From: Verrucomicrobiota bacterium
Lineage (GTDB): Bacteria > Verrucomicrobiota > Verrucomicrobiia > Chthoniobacterales > UBA10450
DNA length: 64,000 bases
Reading direction: 5' to 3'
Assembly: GCA_003220055.1 (NCBI GenBank)
Contig: QHRF01000083.1
Coordinates: 564-64,563, forward strand
Shown here: positions 52,308 through 63,000 of the stretch, one piece after another
How the letters are laid out: every line of letters begins with the position of its first letter
How positions within the stretch are numbered: the first letter of the stretch is position 1
The notes under the pieces: generated by a model
Seen by the model: the letters and a program-made list of their open reading frames with translations, nothing else
Databases searched by the model: none
What the model was told of the DNA's origin: nothing
Translations under genes and position numbers: made by a program

Positions 52308-52832
52308 TCAGTGACCGGAACCAAGCGCGAGAAAAACGCAACCGGCAATGCCGAAGAGGAGACTGACTATCCAGAAGCGCCGTTTTCTTGTTAACGCCGA
52401 AATGGCTGCAATCGCGATCGCGATTTGAAACATGGTTACACCGCGCGCAAAAACTTCGTGCTGATGAAAATTCGATTTCGCTTCCGCTTGCTTGTGCTCG
52501 GCCTCGGTTTTGATTTCTTCCTGCTCTTTTTCGTAACGATCCCGCTTGGCGGCGTCGGATTCGTTAGGCGCGGCCGAGAGCGCAATTTTCGCGTCGAGCA
52601 CGGAAGCTTTGATGCTCTTGGCCTGATAATAACCCCATTGATCGGACGCTTCGATCTGGCTCATCATCGCTTCGTTGGCGTGTTTTCCGGAAAGAAGTCC
52701 GGCGATCGCAGCCAGAACGGCGAGAATGGCCGTGCTCAGCGCGACCCAGGAAATCCAGTTCTCGCCACCATGCTCGGCGCTGTGATGGATTTCTTCGTGC
52801 AAATGTTCAAGTGGAACTTCCGCTTCTTCCAC
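52308..52832 (-). CDS. DUF4337-like membrane protein
   Basis: WISWVALSTAILAVLAAIAGLLSG...DQWGYYQAKSIK...; C-terminal TM pair. Confidence 0.6.
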   Translation of the reverse strand: MEEAEVPLEHLHEEIHHSAEHGGENWISWVALSTAILAVLAAIAGLLSGKHANEAMMSQIEASDQWGYYQAKSIKASVLDAKIALSAAPNESDAAKRDRYEKEQEEIKTEAEHKQAEAKSNFHQHEVFARGVTMFQIAIAIAAISALTRKRRFWIVSLLFGIAGCVFLALGSGH

Positions 52833-52885
52833 GGGTTCACTCTAAGATCGACATCTACAGCTTCAAGGTCGAAACGTAACGCACT

Positions 52886-54158
52886 GTGAGCCGGCAAGGG
52901 GACGATCGCCATCCGGGTTTCAGCAGGCGATTTTTCCGCTCGCTCGGTCCCGGGGTGATTACTGGCGCGGCGGACGACGATCCCTCAGGCATCGCGACTT
53001 ATTCGATCGCCGGGACGCAACACGGCCTCGCCCTTTTGTGGACGGCGCTGATCACCTGGCCGCTGATGGCCTTCGTGCAAATGATGTGCGCGCGCATCGG
53101 AATGGTAACTGGCCGCGGCCTCGCCGGCGCCATGCACCACAAATATCCGCGGCCACTGATCCTCGTCGCGGCAGTAGCGCTCTTTGCCGCAAACTCGATC
53201 AACGTCGGCGCCGATCTTTCCGGAATGTCGGATGCGGCTGAAATGCTCACTCGCGTTAACTCTCATGTTTTCGTTATCGTGTTTGGCATTGGCATTTCTG
53301 TCGCCACAATATTTTTCCGTTATCATCAGATCGCGACCATTCTGAAATGGCTGGCGCTCGTTTTGTTCGCTTACGTCATCAGGGTTCATCGTTCATCCGG
53401 ATTGGCGAATGGTTGCGCACGCCGCCTTCATTCCGACCTGGCCGAAGAGTCACGACCAATGGGGAATGCTGGTCGCGATCCTCGGCACCACGATTAGCCC
53501 TTATTTGTTTTTCTGGCAGCCGTCGCAGGAGGTCGAAGAAGACAAAGCAAAAGGACGCCGAATGTTGTATCGCCGTTTCGGCGCTACACCGGTCGAAATC
53601 ATCACGCGCAAGATCGATGTCGACGTCGGCACGTTCTTTTCGAATCTGGTCCTGTTCTTCATCATTCTCACAACCGCGCTCACGCTTCACCAACACGGAA
53701 TCACCCAGGTTGAGACTTCGACGGACGCGGCGCAGGCGCTCTCTCCGCTTGCCGGGAAATTTGCCGGCACGCTTTTCACCCTCGGCATCGTAGGCGTCGG
53801 TTTGCTCGCGATCCCCACGCTCACCGGCTCGGCCGCGTACGCGCTCGCCGAAACTTTCGCGTGGCGCGAAGGACTCGACCAACGTTTTCGCGGCGCGCGC
53901 CCTTTTTATCTAGTCATCATTGTGTCAACTCTGATCGGCATCGCGATGGACTTCCTCCATGTCAACCCGGTGCGCGCGCTTTACTGGACAGCGGTAATCA
54001 ACGGATTGCTCGCGCCATTTCTTCTTCTCGGCATTATTTTCGTCGCACTCGATCGCAAGCTCATGAAGCAGCAGCCCAGCTCGATCCCGAGTGTAATCAT
54101 CGTGTCCGTGGCAACGCTGCTTATGTTTGGAGCGGCTATTGGAATGTTCATCTTCTGA
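52886..54158 (+). pseudogene. NRAMP-family divalent metal transporter interrupted by a +1 frameshift (7-bp tandem duplication)
   Basis: N-part GPGVITGAADDDPSGIATYS... (52886-53497) and C-part ...AAFIPTWPKSHDQWGMLVAILGTTISPYLFFWQ... (frame 3, to 54158). GTTCATC is duplicated at 53384-53390 / 53391-53397. Deleting one copy gives a continuous ...AYVIRVHPDWRMVAHAAFIPTW. Confidence 0.8.
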
Positions 54159-54205
54159 AGATCGACAAGTCGGGCGAGTGCGCCTTTATTCAACCTCGAA
54201 TCACC

Positions 54206-54904
54206 ATGAGCGAAACCTGCGTTTGCCAGATCTGCCAGAAGCCGAAATCTCCGACTGACGGGCAAATTGCCGAAGTAATCCGGCCATCACTGCTCGACTG
54301 CATCAAGAAGCACCATCCGGAATGGGATGGCACCGGATTCGTTTGCTTCGACGACATTGGCGATTGCCGCAAAGAATACGTCAAGGAAGTGCTGCAGGAG
54401 GAGATCGGAGAACTCTCCGCGCTCGATGAAGAAGTCGTCGAGAGTCTGCGCCAGCACGAGATCGTTTCCAGCGATATCGAGAAGCAATTCGAAAAGAAAC
54501 TTACTTTTGGCGAACGTCTCTCCGATCGCATCGCCGAATTCGGCGGCAGTTGGAAATTTCTTATCAGCTTTGGCGCTGTCATCTTCGTGTGGATCGGCGC
54601 CAATATCGTCTTGCTCGCCACCAAACCCTTCGATCCGTATCCGTTCATTCTTCTCAATTTGATTCTCTCATGTTTGGCCGCCGTCCAGGCGCCGGTCATC
54701 ATGATGAGTCAGAACCGGGCCGAGGCTCGCGACCGCTTGCGCGCGGAAAACGATTACAAGATCAATCTCAAAGCTGAACTCGAAATCCGGCACTTGCACG
54801 AAAAAATCGATCACCTCCTGCGTCGCCAATACAATCGGCTCTTCGAGATTCAGCAGATCCAGATCGAATTACTCGAAGAACTCGGCCAGAAACGGGAAGG
54901 ATAA
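54206..54904 (+). CDS. DUF1003-like membrane protein with an N-terminal Cys-cluster
   Basis: MSETCVCQICQK...; core FGGSWKFLISFGAVIFVWIGANI...FILLNLILSCLAAVQAPVIMMSQNR. The upstream part of the ORF-track call overlaps the NRAMP gene. Confidence 0.7.
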   Translation: MSETCVCQICQKPKSPTDGQIAEVIRPSLLDCIKKHHPEWDGTGFVCFDDIGDCRKEYVKEVLQEEIGELSALDEEVVESLRQHEIVSSDIEKQFEKKLTFGERLSDRIAEFGGSWKFLISFGAVIFVWIGANIVLLATKPFDPYPFILLNLILSCLAAVQAPVIMMSQNRAEARDRLRAENDYKINLKAELEIRHLHEKIDHLLRRQYNRLFEIQQIQIELLEELGQKREG

Positions 54905-54934
54905 TTGCTTGATGGCCCGCAAACTGGGCGAACG

Positions 54935-55258
54935 ATGAAAATAATCGTCCTCATGATAATGAGTTTTTTCGGGCCGTTCTCCGCGCAGGGCGCAGATCCA
55001 AAAACTAACTGGGCCAACAACTGCATGCAATGTCACGGGCCCGATGGGAGCGCGAACACCAGCATGGGAAAAGCCCTCAACGCAAAGGACCTCACCAACG
55101 CCGCGATTCAATCATCGTTCAGTGACGCTGAAGCAGCGGCGGCGATCAAAGATGGCGTGACTAAAGATGGTATCACCAAGATGTTCGCGTTCGGCGGCAA
55201 ACTGAGCGACGACGAGATCAAAGCTCTGGTAGCTTACGTCCGCACCCTCAAGAAATAG
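54935..55258 (+). CDS. Small c-type cytochrome (class I)
   Basis: Signal peptide MKIIVLMIMSFFGPFSAQG. Heme motif CMQCHG and a distal Met (KMFAFGG). Confidence 0.75.
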   Translation: MKIIVLMIMSFFGPFSAQGADPKTNWANNCMQCHGPDGSANTSMGKALNAKDLTNAAIQSSFSDAEAAAAIKDGVTKDGITKMFAFGGKLSDDEIKALVAYVRTLKK

Positions 55259-55331
55259 TGTCACTTAAAATCGGGGTAGGAAAGCGCAACCAAAAGAACG
55301 TAGAATGGTTTCATTTGGTGAGGGCGTGTTC

Positions 55332-56174
55332 ATGAAGACATCCTTTGCAGTCGTGGCGGTGGTGGCATTTGGCTTGGCTGGTAACGAAGCCGCCAAGGGC
55401 AGCGGGAACACATCCTCGAATTCTGGCGGCGCGGCTCCGCATCACGGCTCGGCACCAGCACCAGCAACAACAACAGCAGTGGCTCCACGTTTTAACGGCG
55501 GCGTCCCGCATTACTCCGGCGCAATGCCATACCGACCGACCGTTAATTACGGAAACGGCAATCGCACGCTGAATTACCCGCCGGTCGGCAATTCCGTGTT
55601 ACGTCACCAGATCCATTCCAGCGCGAACAGCCTCAATACTGGTTACGCGCTTCAACGCAGCGGCGGCAATCTGAATAAGACGGGCAGTTTGCATCAGCCT
55701 TCCGCGCTAAACGCACTGGCCAAAAACAAGCTCGATCCGCAAATTTCCACCCGTCTCCGCAATTGGAGCGGAAACGTCAGCAGCGTTTCGCAAGCGCGAT
55801 TGAACCACGCGAACAACTGTCACCATCACCACGGCTCCAATTGGTGGAGAAACCGCTGCGCCGCCATCATCTTTTTCGACTGGGGCTGGTGGGGTTGGTA
55901 TGACGGCTGGTGGTATCCGGCCTGGGGTTACGATCCGTACTCTAATTATGAGTACAACGAACCGATTTATGGCTACGACGGACTTTCACCGGACCAGATC
56001 GTTGCCAGTGTTCAAGCTCAGTTGCAGCAGCTCGGTTACTACACCTACGCCATCGACGGTAGAATGGGCCCGCTGACCCGCGCCGCGATCACGCGTTACC
56101 AGCGAGATCGCCTTCTGCCGATCACTTCAGGCATTGATCCGGCAACACTCGGATCACTCGGCATTATTCGCTGA
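55332..56174 (+). CDS. Secreted Trp/His-rich protein with a C-terminal peptidoglycan-binding domain
   Basis: Signal peptide MKTSFAVVAVVAFGLAG. CHHHHGSNWW...WGWWGWYDGWWYPAWGYDPY. VQAQLQQLGYYTYAIDGRMGPLTRAAITRYQ. Confidence 0.7.
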   Translation: MKTSFAVVAVVAFGLAGNEAAKGSGNTSSNSGGAAPHHGSAPAPATTTAVAPRFNGGVPHYSGAMPYRPTVNYGNGNRTLNYPPVGNSVLRHQIHSSANSLNTGYALQRSGGNLNKTGSLHQPSALNALAKNKLDPQISTRLRNWSGNVSSVSQARLNHANNCHHHHGSNWWRNRCAAIIFFDWGWWGWYDGWWYPAWGYDPYSNYEYNEPIYGYDGLSPDQIVASVQAQLQQLGYYTYAIDGRMGPLTRAAITRYQRDRLLPITSGIDPATLGSLGIIR

Positions 56175-56198
56175 CTTGCAACTGCGGCGAGTCTGCCG

Positions 56199-56708
56199 TT
56201 GAAAGATGGCGTGGAAGATTCGCCGTCACCGCAAAAACGAAGATGCAGTCGCGTCAGCGCCGGCCTGCTCATCTTTCGCCGAAACAATATTATCCAAGTT
56301 CTGCTTGCGCATCCCGGCGGGCCGTTCTTCGCCAGAAAAGATGACGGAGTATGGACAATTCCTAAAGGCGAAGCCGGCCCGGGCGAGGACTTGTTAACAC
56401 GCGCTCGGATTGAGGTCGAAGAAGAGATCGGAATCAAACCTTCCGGAAATTGGATTCCGCTCGGCTCAATCAAACAAAAAGGCGGCAAGACCGTTCACGC
56501 CTGGGCCGTCGAGGGCGATTTACCAGAGCAGTTCGAACTGAAATCGAATCTCTTCGAGATGGAATGGCCGCCCCGCTCAGGAAAATTGAAAGAGTTTCCG
56601 GAGATCGATCGCGCGGAGTTTTTTCCGGAGGAAATTGCGCGGCGGAAAATAAACCCTGCGCAGATTCCATTTCTCGATCGCTTGCGGGCGGCACTGGCAC
56701 CGAACTGA
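56199..56708 (+). CDS. NUDIX hydrolase
   Basis: Nudix box GEAGPGEDLLTRARIEVEEEIG. TTG start; the start is uncertain. Confidence 0.8.
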   Translation: MKDGVEDSPSPQKRRCSRVSAGLLIFRRNNIIQVLLAHPGGPFFARKDDGVWTIPKGEAGPGEDLLTRARIEVEEEIGIKPSGNWIPLGSIKQKGGKTVHAWAVEGDLPEQFELKSNLFEMEWPPRSGKLKEFPEIDRAEFFPEEIARRKINPAQIPFLDRLRAALAPN

Positions 56709-56715
56709 CAAAAAC

Positions 56716-59232
56716 CTATCGGTTGTCGATCCGGTCGCTGCTTTCCGGTGCCAGCACACATCGGAATCCGTAAATCACGTCGCGTTCGTTCCGATCGACG
56801 ACGTTGCGATACGACGATTGCATTTCCAAACGATTGCTTGTCGCCCAGGAACCGCCGCGGAGAACTCCCCAATCGCGGCCGGTTCCACTGCTCCCGCCTT
56901 TGTAGGTGTCGGCGCACCATTCCCAAACGTTGCCCCCGAGATCGTAGAGGCCTAACGCATTCGCCTTGAAGCTTCCTACTGGCATGGTCGTGCCGCGACG
57001 TTGCCCCGCGCCAACGAGATAATTTCCCGCGCCGGCGGGCGGCGGCCATTGTTTGCCCCACGGAAACTCGTTTTTGATTTTGCCATCACGCGCTTGCGGC
57101 GTCGCGCCGCTCTCGTTGGCCAACCCAACAGCCAGGCTCCATTCCCGATCAGTCGGCAACCGATAGGATTGTCGATCTTCCAGGAGATTTTCATCGCGCT
57201 CTTTATCGGTCAGCCATTTGCAGAACGCCATTGCGTCGAACCAGTTTACTTTCACCACCGGATGTGTCGGCGCCTGCTGAAAGTCGGCTGGTTCATAATG
57301 CCGTCCGCTCGCGCGGGAAAACGCTTCGTAATCCTGCACCCGCGTTTCCCACACCGATATGCGAACGTCGGCGAGCGGAACGAACTTCATCCCTAACGAA
57401 TTGGCGAACGATTGGCCCGGCTCAGGACCGACGCTTTTTTCCAGGCGCGCCGCCAGAAACGACTGCTGCTGCGGTTCAACCTTGCCGCTGACCGAAGTCG
57501 ACTTATAACCGCCGAGCCGCAGCTCAAACATTACGTCGCCCGGTTTTACCTCCTCGATCACGAGCGGTGTTTGGCCGAGTTCCTTGCCATTAGCGATGAC
57601 CGCTGCGCCGCCGGGCGCACTCGTGATCTTCACACTGCCGTTGGCAAAAACAAAATGAACGGCGTTTTCGTGCTGTGGATCGATGTCGATCTTTTGCTGC
57701 TCGTTAGGCCAACCGTCAAGGTGCGCCGTCAGTTCGTGCGACCGCACCGGTAAATCGAGCCGGAGCGGAGCACGGCCTCGAGATTTTCCATCCGCAAAAA
57801 TCTCAGCTCCACTCGGCTCGCTCGTGATGTTCGTTGTCGCGCTGACGAACGCCAAAACCTTCCGGGCGATTTCTCCGCGACTAACTTCGACTTCGCCTCG
57901 CATTTCCCAATCTCCGCGATGCGCCACGACCAAGTATTTTCCCGTTGGTAAATCGACGATCGATTGGGGCGTTGTCCCCGCGCGCGAAACCTGACCGTCT
58001 TGACTTCGAATGGAGAATTGCGCGCCCGTCGGCTCGGATTGGATTTCAAGTGCGCCTTTGCTGCGGACGAGACGAAACGGCGGCGGATCAAACGACCGCT
58101 TGCCGCTAAGATCCACCGCCGACTCTACCGGCTCATAACCAGGACTCATGATCCGCAGGTTATATTTACGCGGCTCCAGATCCGCGAACGTCGCCGGACT
58201 TTTCTGCGCATGATCGCCCAGGACGACGAGGGCGCCAGGCGGTTCGGTCCGAACCGTCATTTGCAAATGCAGACCGACATTTGGTTGCGGATGGTTCAGC
58301 CAAAACCAAACGCCAGCAACCGCGACCACCAGAATCGACATCGTCGCCAACAAAATTTTCGTGCGCGATTTTCCCGGACGTTCGCCGCGCTCGAGAGCCG
58401 CAAGATCGCGATGCATTTCTGCGGCCGATTCGTAACGTTTCTTCGGATCGTTCGCGCACGCTTTAACCAGCACGTTGTTGAGTTGCAGCAGCTGCTCGCG
58501 ATCGGGTCGCTGGCTCAACTGCGAATCGATCTCCGGAAAATCGAGCCGGTCTTTTCCGGTGCAGGTCTCGTAAAGAAGTTTGCCAAGACTGTAGATGTCG
58601 GCTTGCGGCGTCCCCGGTCCCTCCGGCGGAACATAACCTTCCGTGCCGACGAACGATTGCTGTCCACTCACCGCCACCAACCCGATGTCGGCGAGCTTCG
58701 GCACGCCCTCGGTGAAAATGATGTTCGACGGTTTGATGTCACGATGTGTAAGTCCGTGCGTGTGCAACGCGTCCAACGCTTCAGTTAACGAAATACCGAG
58801 GCGTATCGATTCATCGGCCGACAACCGTTTCTGGCGGCCAAGATCGCTCTTTAACGTCCGCGGCTCGTAACTGAGGATGTCGATCTCGCGACCCGCCAAG
58901 TGATCGTCCGCCAGCTCCATGCTGTAATAGAGATATTCGTTCGTGCGGCCGACGTGCAGGATATCGATGAACCCGGCATGCCCGCGCGAGATCGGCTCGA
59001 AGGCGGACATTCCTTCGAACTCACGCAGGAACGCCCGCTCGCTCTCAAACGTGCTCCGATAAACAATTTTCACCGCGCGGAATGCGCCGGTGACCGTCCG
59101 CGCCAGCCAAATCTCGCCATAAGCGCCGCGCCCGATCACGCGTAGGAGTTCGTGATCGGGAATGATTGGGACTTGAGCGGAAACTTGTTCGGGAATGGTC
59201 GCGATTTTACACAAGCCGCGAGCGCGAGGCAA
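56716..59232 (-). CDS. Ser/Thr protein kinase - TM - PEGA repeats - FGE/SUMF1-like domain fusion
   Basis: GRGAYGEIWLA, HRDIKPSNIIF, DIGLV...GTEGYVPPE. Mid-protein TM ILLATMSILVVAVAGVWFWL, then repeated PEGA-like beta modules. C-terminal GNVWEWCAD...RGGSW...GFRCV. The TTG start is uncertain. Confidence 0.85.
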   Translation of the reverse strand: MPRARGLCKIATIPEQVSAQVPIIPDHELLRVIGRGAYGEIWLARTVTGAFRAVKIVYRSTFESERAFLREFEGMSAFEPISRGHAGFIDILHVGRTNEYLYYSMELADDHLAGREIDILSYEPRTLKSDLGRQKRLSADESIRLGISLTEALDALHTHGLTHRDIKPSNIIFTEGVPKLADIGLVAVSGQQSFVGTEGYVPPEGPGTPQADIYSLGKLLYETCTGKDRLDFPEIDSQLSQRPDREQLLQLNNVLVKACANDPKKRYESAAEMHRDLAALERGERPGKSRTKILLATMSILVVAVAGVWFWLNHPQPNVGLHLQMTVRTEPPGALVVLGDHAQKSPATFADLEPRKYNLRIMSPGYEPVESAVDLSGKRSFDPPPFRLVRSKGALEIQSEPTGAQFSIRSQDGQVSRAGTTPQSIVDLPTGKYLVVAHRGDWEMRGEVEVSRGEIARKVLAFVSATTNITSEPSGAEIFADGKSRGRAPLRLDLPVRSHELTAHLDGWPNEQQKIDIDPQHENAVHFVFANGSVKITSAPGGAAVIANGKELGQTPLVIEEVKPGDVMFELRLGGYKSTSVSGKVEPQQQSFLAARLEKSVGPEPGQSFANSLGMKFVPLADVRISVWETRVQDYEAFSRASGRHYEPADFQQAPTHPVVKVNWFDAMAFCKWLTDKERDENLLEDRQSYRLPTDREWSLAVGLANESGATPQARDGKIKNEFPWGKQWPPPAGAGNYLVGAGQRRGTTMPVGSFKANALGLYDLGGNVWEWCADTYKGGSSGTGRDWGVLRGGSWATSNRLEMQSSYRNVVDRNERDVIYGFRCVLAPESSDRIDNR

Positions 59233-59239
59233 TTGCAGC

Positions 59240-59303
59240 TGTAGTGGCCGCTGTCCTCAGCGGCAAATCCCTCGCCTAAGCCGCCGAGGCGGCGGCCGCT
59301 ACA
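59240..59303. repeat. REP-like element (TGTAGTGGCCGC...GCGGCCGCTACA outer stem with inner hairpins) between the sigma factor and kinase genes
   Basis: Outer 12-nt arms pair with one bulge. Inner GCCGCTG-tcct-CAGCGGC. Confidence 0.6.
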
Positions 59304-59312
59304 ACACAAATC

Positions 59313-59936
59313 TTAGCGGCCGAGTTTTTCCAGCGCTCTAATTTCCTTTTTCAAGACCGCCGAGACGCGATGCCGCGCCAGATAGACCTGCCCGATGTTT
59401 ACTCGCAATTGGTCGGCGACTTTTTGCGCCGGCCATTCTTTGCGCACGTAGCAATCGAAAATCTGAAACTGTTTTGGATCGACCTTCTTTTTGGCGCGCG
59501 CAATCGCTGCCTCAAACAAATTGTCCTTCCATTCCGCTTCCCAGACCGCATCAAGATCGACGACGTGCGCGTCCGGCACGCGTTCGATCGTTGCGGTGAG
59601 ACGATCATCCGCAACGTGCGGACGTTTCGCTCCGCCCGGCTCGCGTTTCCGAAATTGATCGACGATCCGCCAGCGCGTGATTTGCAAAAGCCATCCTTTA
59701 AAAGAACCAATCGCCGGATCGTATTTCAGTTTGTCGATCTTCTTCGCCACGGTGATGACGGTTTCCTGCACGACTTCCTGCGCTTCCGCATCGGTCAGAC
59801 CGGATTTGCGCGCGGTCGAATAAATCAGCTTCCAGTACGTATCGAAGAATTCCTGCCAGCGCTTCTGGTCGTCCCAATTCGCCAGCCGATCGACCAGACT
59901 TCGACGCGTCGCGGCTAAACCGGCACTCTTCATCAC
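59313..59936 (-). CDS. ECF-type sigma-70 family RNA polymerase sigma factor
   Basis: Region 2 (FFDTYWKLIYSTARKSGLTDAEAQEVVQETVITVAKK...FKGWLLQITRWRIVDQFRKR) and a region 4 HTH (VADQLRVNIGQVYLARHRV). Confidence 0.85.
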   Translation of the reverse strand: MMKSAGLAATRRSLVDRLANWDDQKRWQEFFDTYWKLIYSTARKSGLTDAEAQEVVQETVITVAKKIDKLKYDPAIGSFKGWLLQITRWRIVDQFRKREPGGAKRPHVADDRLTATIERVPDAHVVDLDAVWEAEWKDNLFEAAIARAKKKVDPKQFQIFDCYVRKEWPAQKVADQLRVNIGQVYLARHRVSAVLKKEIRALEKLGR

Positions 59937-59943
59937 AATCTAC

Positions 59944-59990
59944 TGTAGCTGGGGTCGTTGACCCCGGCCAACCGCGATCAGCGATCGCGG
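59944..59990. repeat. REP-like double hairpin starting with TGTAGC
   Basis: tgtagct GGGGTC-gtt-GACCCC ggccaa CCGCGATC-agc-GATCGCGG. Same two-hairpin layout as 28407-28455. Confidence 0.6.
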
Positions 59991-60035
59991 CGACAATTGT
60001 CTGAAAGATTGGTGCGGAGCCGGCGTATTGCTCTC

Positions 60036-63000
60036 ATGAAAACTCCCGCGCCTCTCTCGAATGCGATCAAATGGGTTGCCAGTGCCGCTGGTCGTGCCCG
60101 ACGTTTTCCCGAGCAAATCTTCGGAGATATTTCCTGGCGCCCGCCTCGTTGGCTGAGTCGATGCGGAGAAAATTGGATCCGTCTCGAACACGCTTATCCG
60201 CGTCAGATCGCTCCGGCAATCGTCACGATTTTTCTGGTCTCGTGCGCAGGTGCCTGGACTTGGAACTGGTATTCGCATTTGCCAAAGCCGCGTCGCGTAT
60301 CGGTAAAGATTGCGCCGATCGAAGTCACCAAGCTCGAGAAAGATCTGAAGTTCCCGCGGCTAGTTGTTTATTTCAGCGAATCGGCTGCTCGCCTGGAAGA
60401 TTTAAAAAGGCCGTCGGTCCAAGGCGTGCACCTTCAGCCGAAACTCAACGGTGCCTGGCGCTGGCTCCAGGCCGACATCCTTGTTTTCGAGCCGACCGAA
60501 GATTGGCCGGCCGACCTGAAATTCCGTGTCGTCTTCGACGAGAAATTTTTCCCGAATCATGTGCTGATGGAGCGGTTCGTTTACGAAATGCAAACGCCGC
60601 CATTCGGGATCGCGATCAAACAACTCGAATTTTATCAAGACCCGACCAATCCAACGCAACGTGCGGTCACCGCGACGCTGGAACTCACCCACGCCGTTGA
60701 CCCCGGCGAATTAGATCGACATCTCCAGTTCACAATGGTCGGCGGATCTAACATTTTCAGCGATCCCGCTCCGCACTTCTCGATCATATTTGGACTGCAT
60801 CGTCGCGTCGCCTTCGTGCACAGCTCGCCGATCACTCTGCCCGAGCGCGACGATTTCGTGAAACTGATCTTGAGCAAAGGGGTGCGCACAGCCCAAGGCG
60901 GCGCGCAAACGAAGAACGGCGTCGAACAAAAACTCCGTCTCCCGTCGATCGCGTCGATGTTTCAGATCGATTCGATCCAAACCACGATCGCGCGAAACAA
61001 GAACGGCGAGCCCGAACAACTCATCGTCCTCACCACCACGGCCGAGATCGGCACGCGTGAACTGGCAAAGGCGCTTGAGATCCGATTGTTGCCGAAACGC
61101 AAAATCCCGGACGCAGACAAAGCAGCCGAGGAAACAGAAGACGCCGAACAAACGCGAGATGAATCCGCCGGATCGGATAACGAAAACGATTCGAGCGAGG
61201 CACCGGCAACTTCGGAGTTAAAAGAGAGCGAACGTTGGAAGAGCGAGACTGACGTTCCGGACGATATCCTGGATAACGCGCGGCCAATCACCCACGTGCC
61301 GCTGCCGTCGGAAAAGGCCCAGGGCCGACAACATGCGTTTCGTATCCGGGTCGAAACCGATGGCGAGCTTTACGTTCGGGTAAAGAAAGGTGTCCGCGCG
61401 TTCGGTGATTATCCGCTCAGCGACAATTACAATGCGGTCGTCGACGTGCCGTCGTTGCCTCGCGAAGTGCAAATTGAAGGCCAGGGCGGATTGCTCGCCT
61501 TGAACGGCGAAAAGAAATTATCGATCAGCTCCCGCGGGCTGAGCGCGATTGAATTCGAAATCGCTCGCGTCGCCACCACCCAGATCAATCATTTGGTCAG
61601 TCAAACCGAAGGGAAATTCGAGCATCCGCTCTTTGAAGCTCCGGATTACTTCAACAAGGACAACATCTCGCGGATCGCGACCGAGCGGCAAGGCATCGCG
61701 CTCGAGAACAAATGGAAAGCGAACTATTCGGCATTCGATTTTACCGAGCATTTGCGCAAGCCGGCCGACAGCGGAAGCGAGCGCGGTCTGTTTTTTCTAA
61801 CCGCGCAAGGATGGGACCCGGCCAAGAAAAAGCCGATTGAGGTTCGGGATTCGCGTTTCGTTCTTGTTACCGACATCGGAATTCTCACCAAGAAAAACGC
61901 AGACGGCAGCCACGACGTCTTTCTGATGTCGATCAAAGAAGGCAATCCATTGCCGAACGTAATTGTCGATCTTCTAGGGAAAAACGGCATCCCGATCCAG
62001 AGCGCGAAGAGCGATGCGAATGGTCATTGCGCTTTCACGTCGGTCGAGAAATCGATCCGCGAGAAAACACCGGTCGCCTTCGTGGCGCGCAACGGCGACG
62101 ACGTGTCGTTCATTCCCTATGCGCGCGAAGATCGACAACTGAACTTTTCGCGCTTCGACATCGACGGCGTGGACAATGTTCTGCCGGAAAATCTCGACGC
62201 GTTCGTCTTTACCGAACGCGGGATCTACCGGCCGGGCGACGAGATTCACATCGGCGTCGTCGTGAAGCAACGAAACTGGCAGGGCCGGCTGAAAGGATTG
62301 CCGCTCGAGACCGAAGTAGTGGACGCGCGCGGGCACGGCGTGCAAACGAGAAAAATCAATCTGCCGGACGCGGCCTTTATCGAGCTGACCTATCAGACCG
62401 CGAACGAATCGCCGACCGGCCTTTACATCTTCAACGTTTATCTCGTTAAGAATAGCAAGCGTTCGACGCTCCTCGGTTCAACCATGGCAAACGTGAAGGA
62501 ATTTTTGCCGGACCGGATGAAAATCGACACGCACTTATCGGAGACCTCGCGCCACGGATGGATCAGCCCGAAAGAAATGCGCGCCTCGGTTTCGCTGGCC
62601 AATCTTTATGGAAAGCCCGCGACCGATCGACGCGTGGTCTCACGAATTGAGCTCACGCCGACCGCGTTTTCATTTCCCGAGTTTCGCGAATACGTCTTTT
62701 TCGATCCGCTCTGCGATCCAAAAAAAGAGCGACAGGAACAAACGATCGAGCTCGGCGAAAATAAAACCGACGGTGCCGGTCAAACGCAGTTTGATTTGCA
62801 ACTCGAGCGCTTCGCCGATGCAACGTACTCGATGCGGTTTGTCGCCGAAGGATTTGAAGCCGAAGGCGGCCGAAGCGTTACCGGCACAACCAGCGCGCTC
62901 ATTTCAACGTTACCGTATGTGATCGGCTGCAAAGCAGACGGCGACCTGCGTTACATCGACATGAACAAGCCGCGCGCGGTCGAACTCGTGGCAGTCGATC

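Noticed and set aside
53861-54205. N-terminal 115-aa extension of the DUF1003 ORF.
   Set aside because: It overlaps the 3' end of the NRAMP gene in a different frame and is Arg/Ser/His-rich nonsense-like sequence. The DUF1003-type protein starts cleanly at the ATG at 54206 (MSETCVCQIC).
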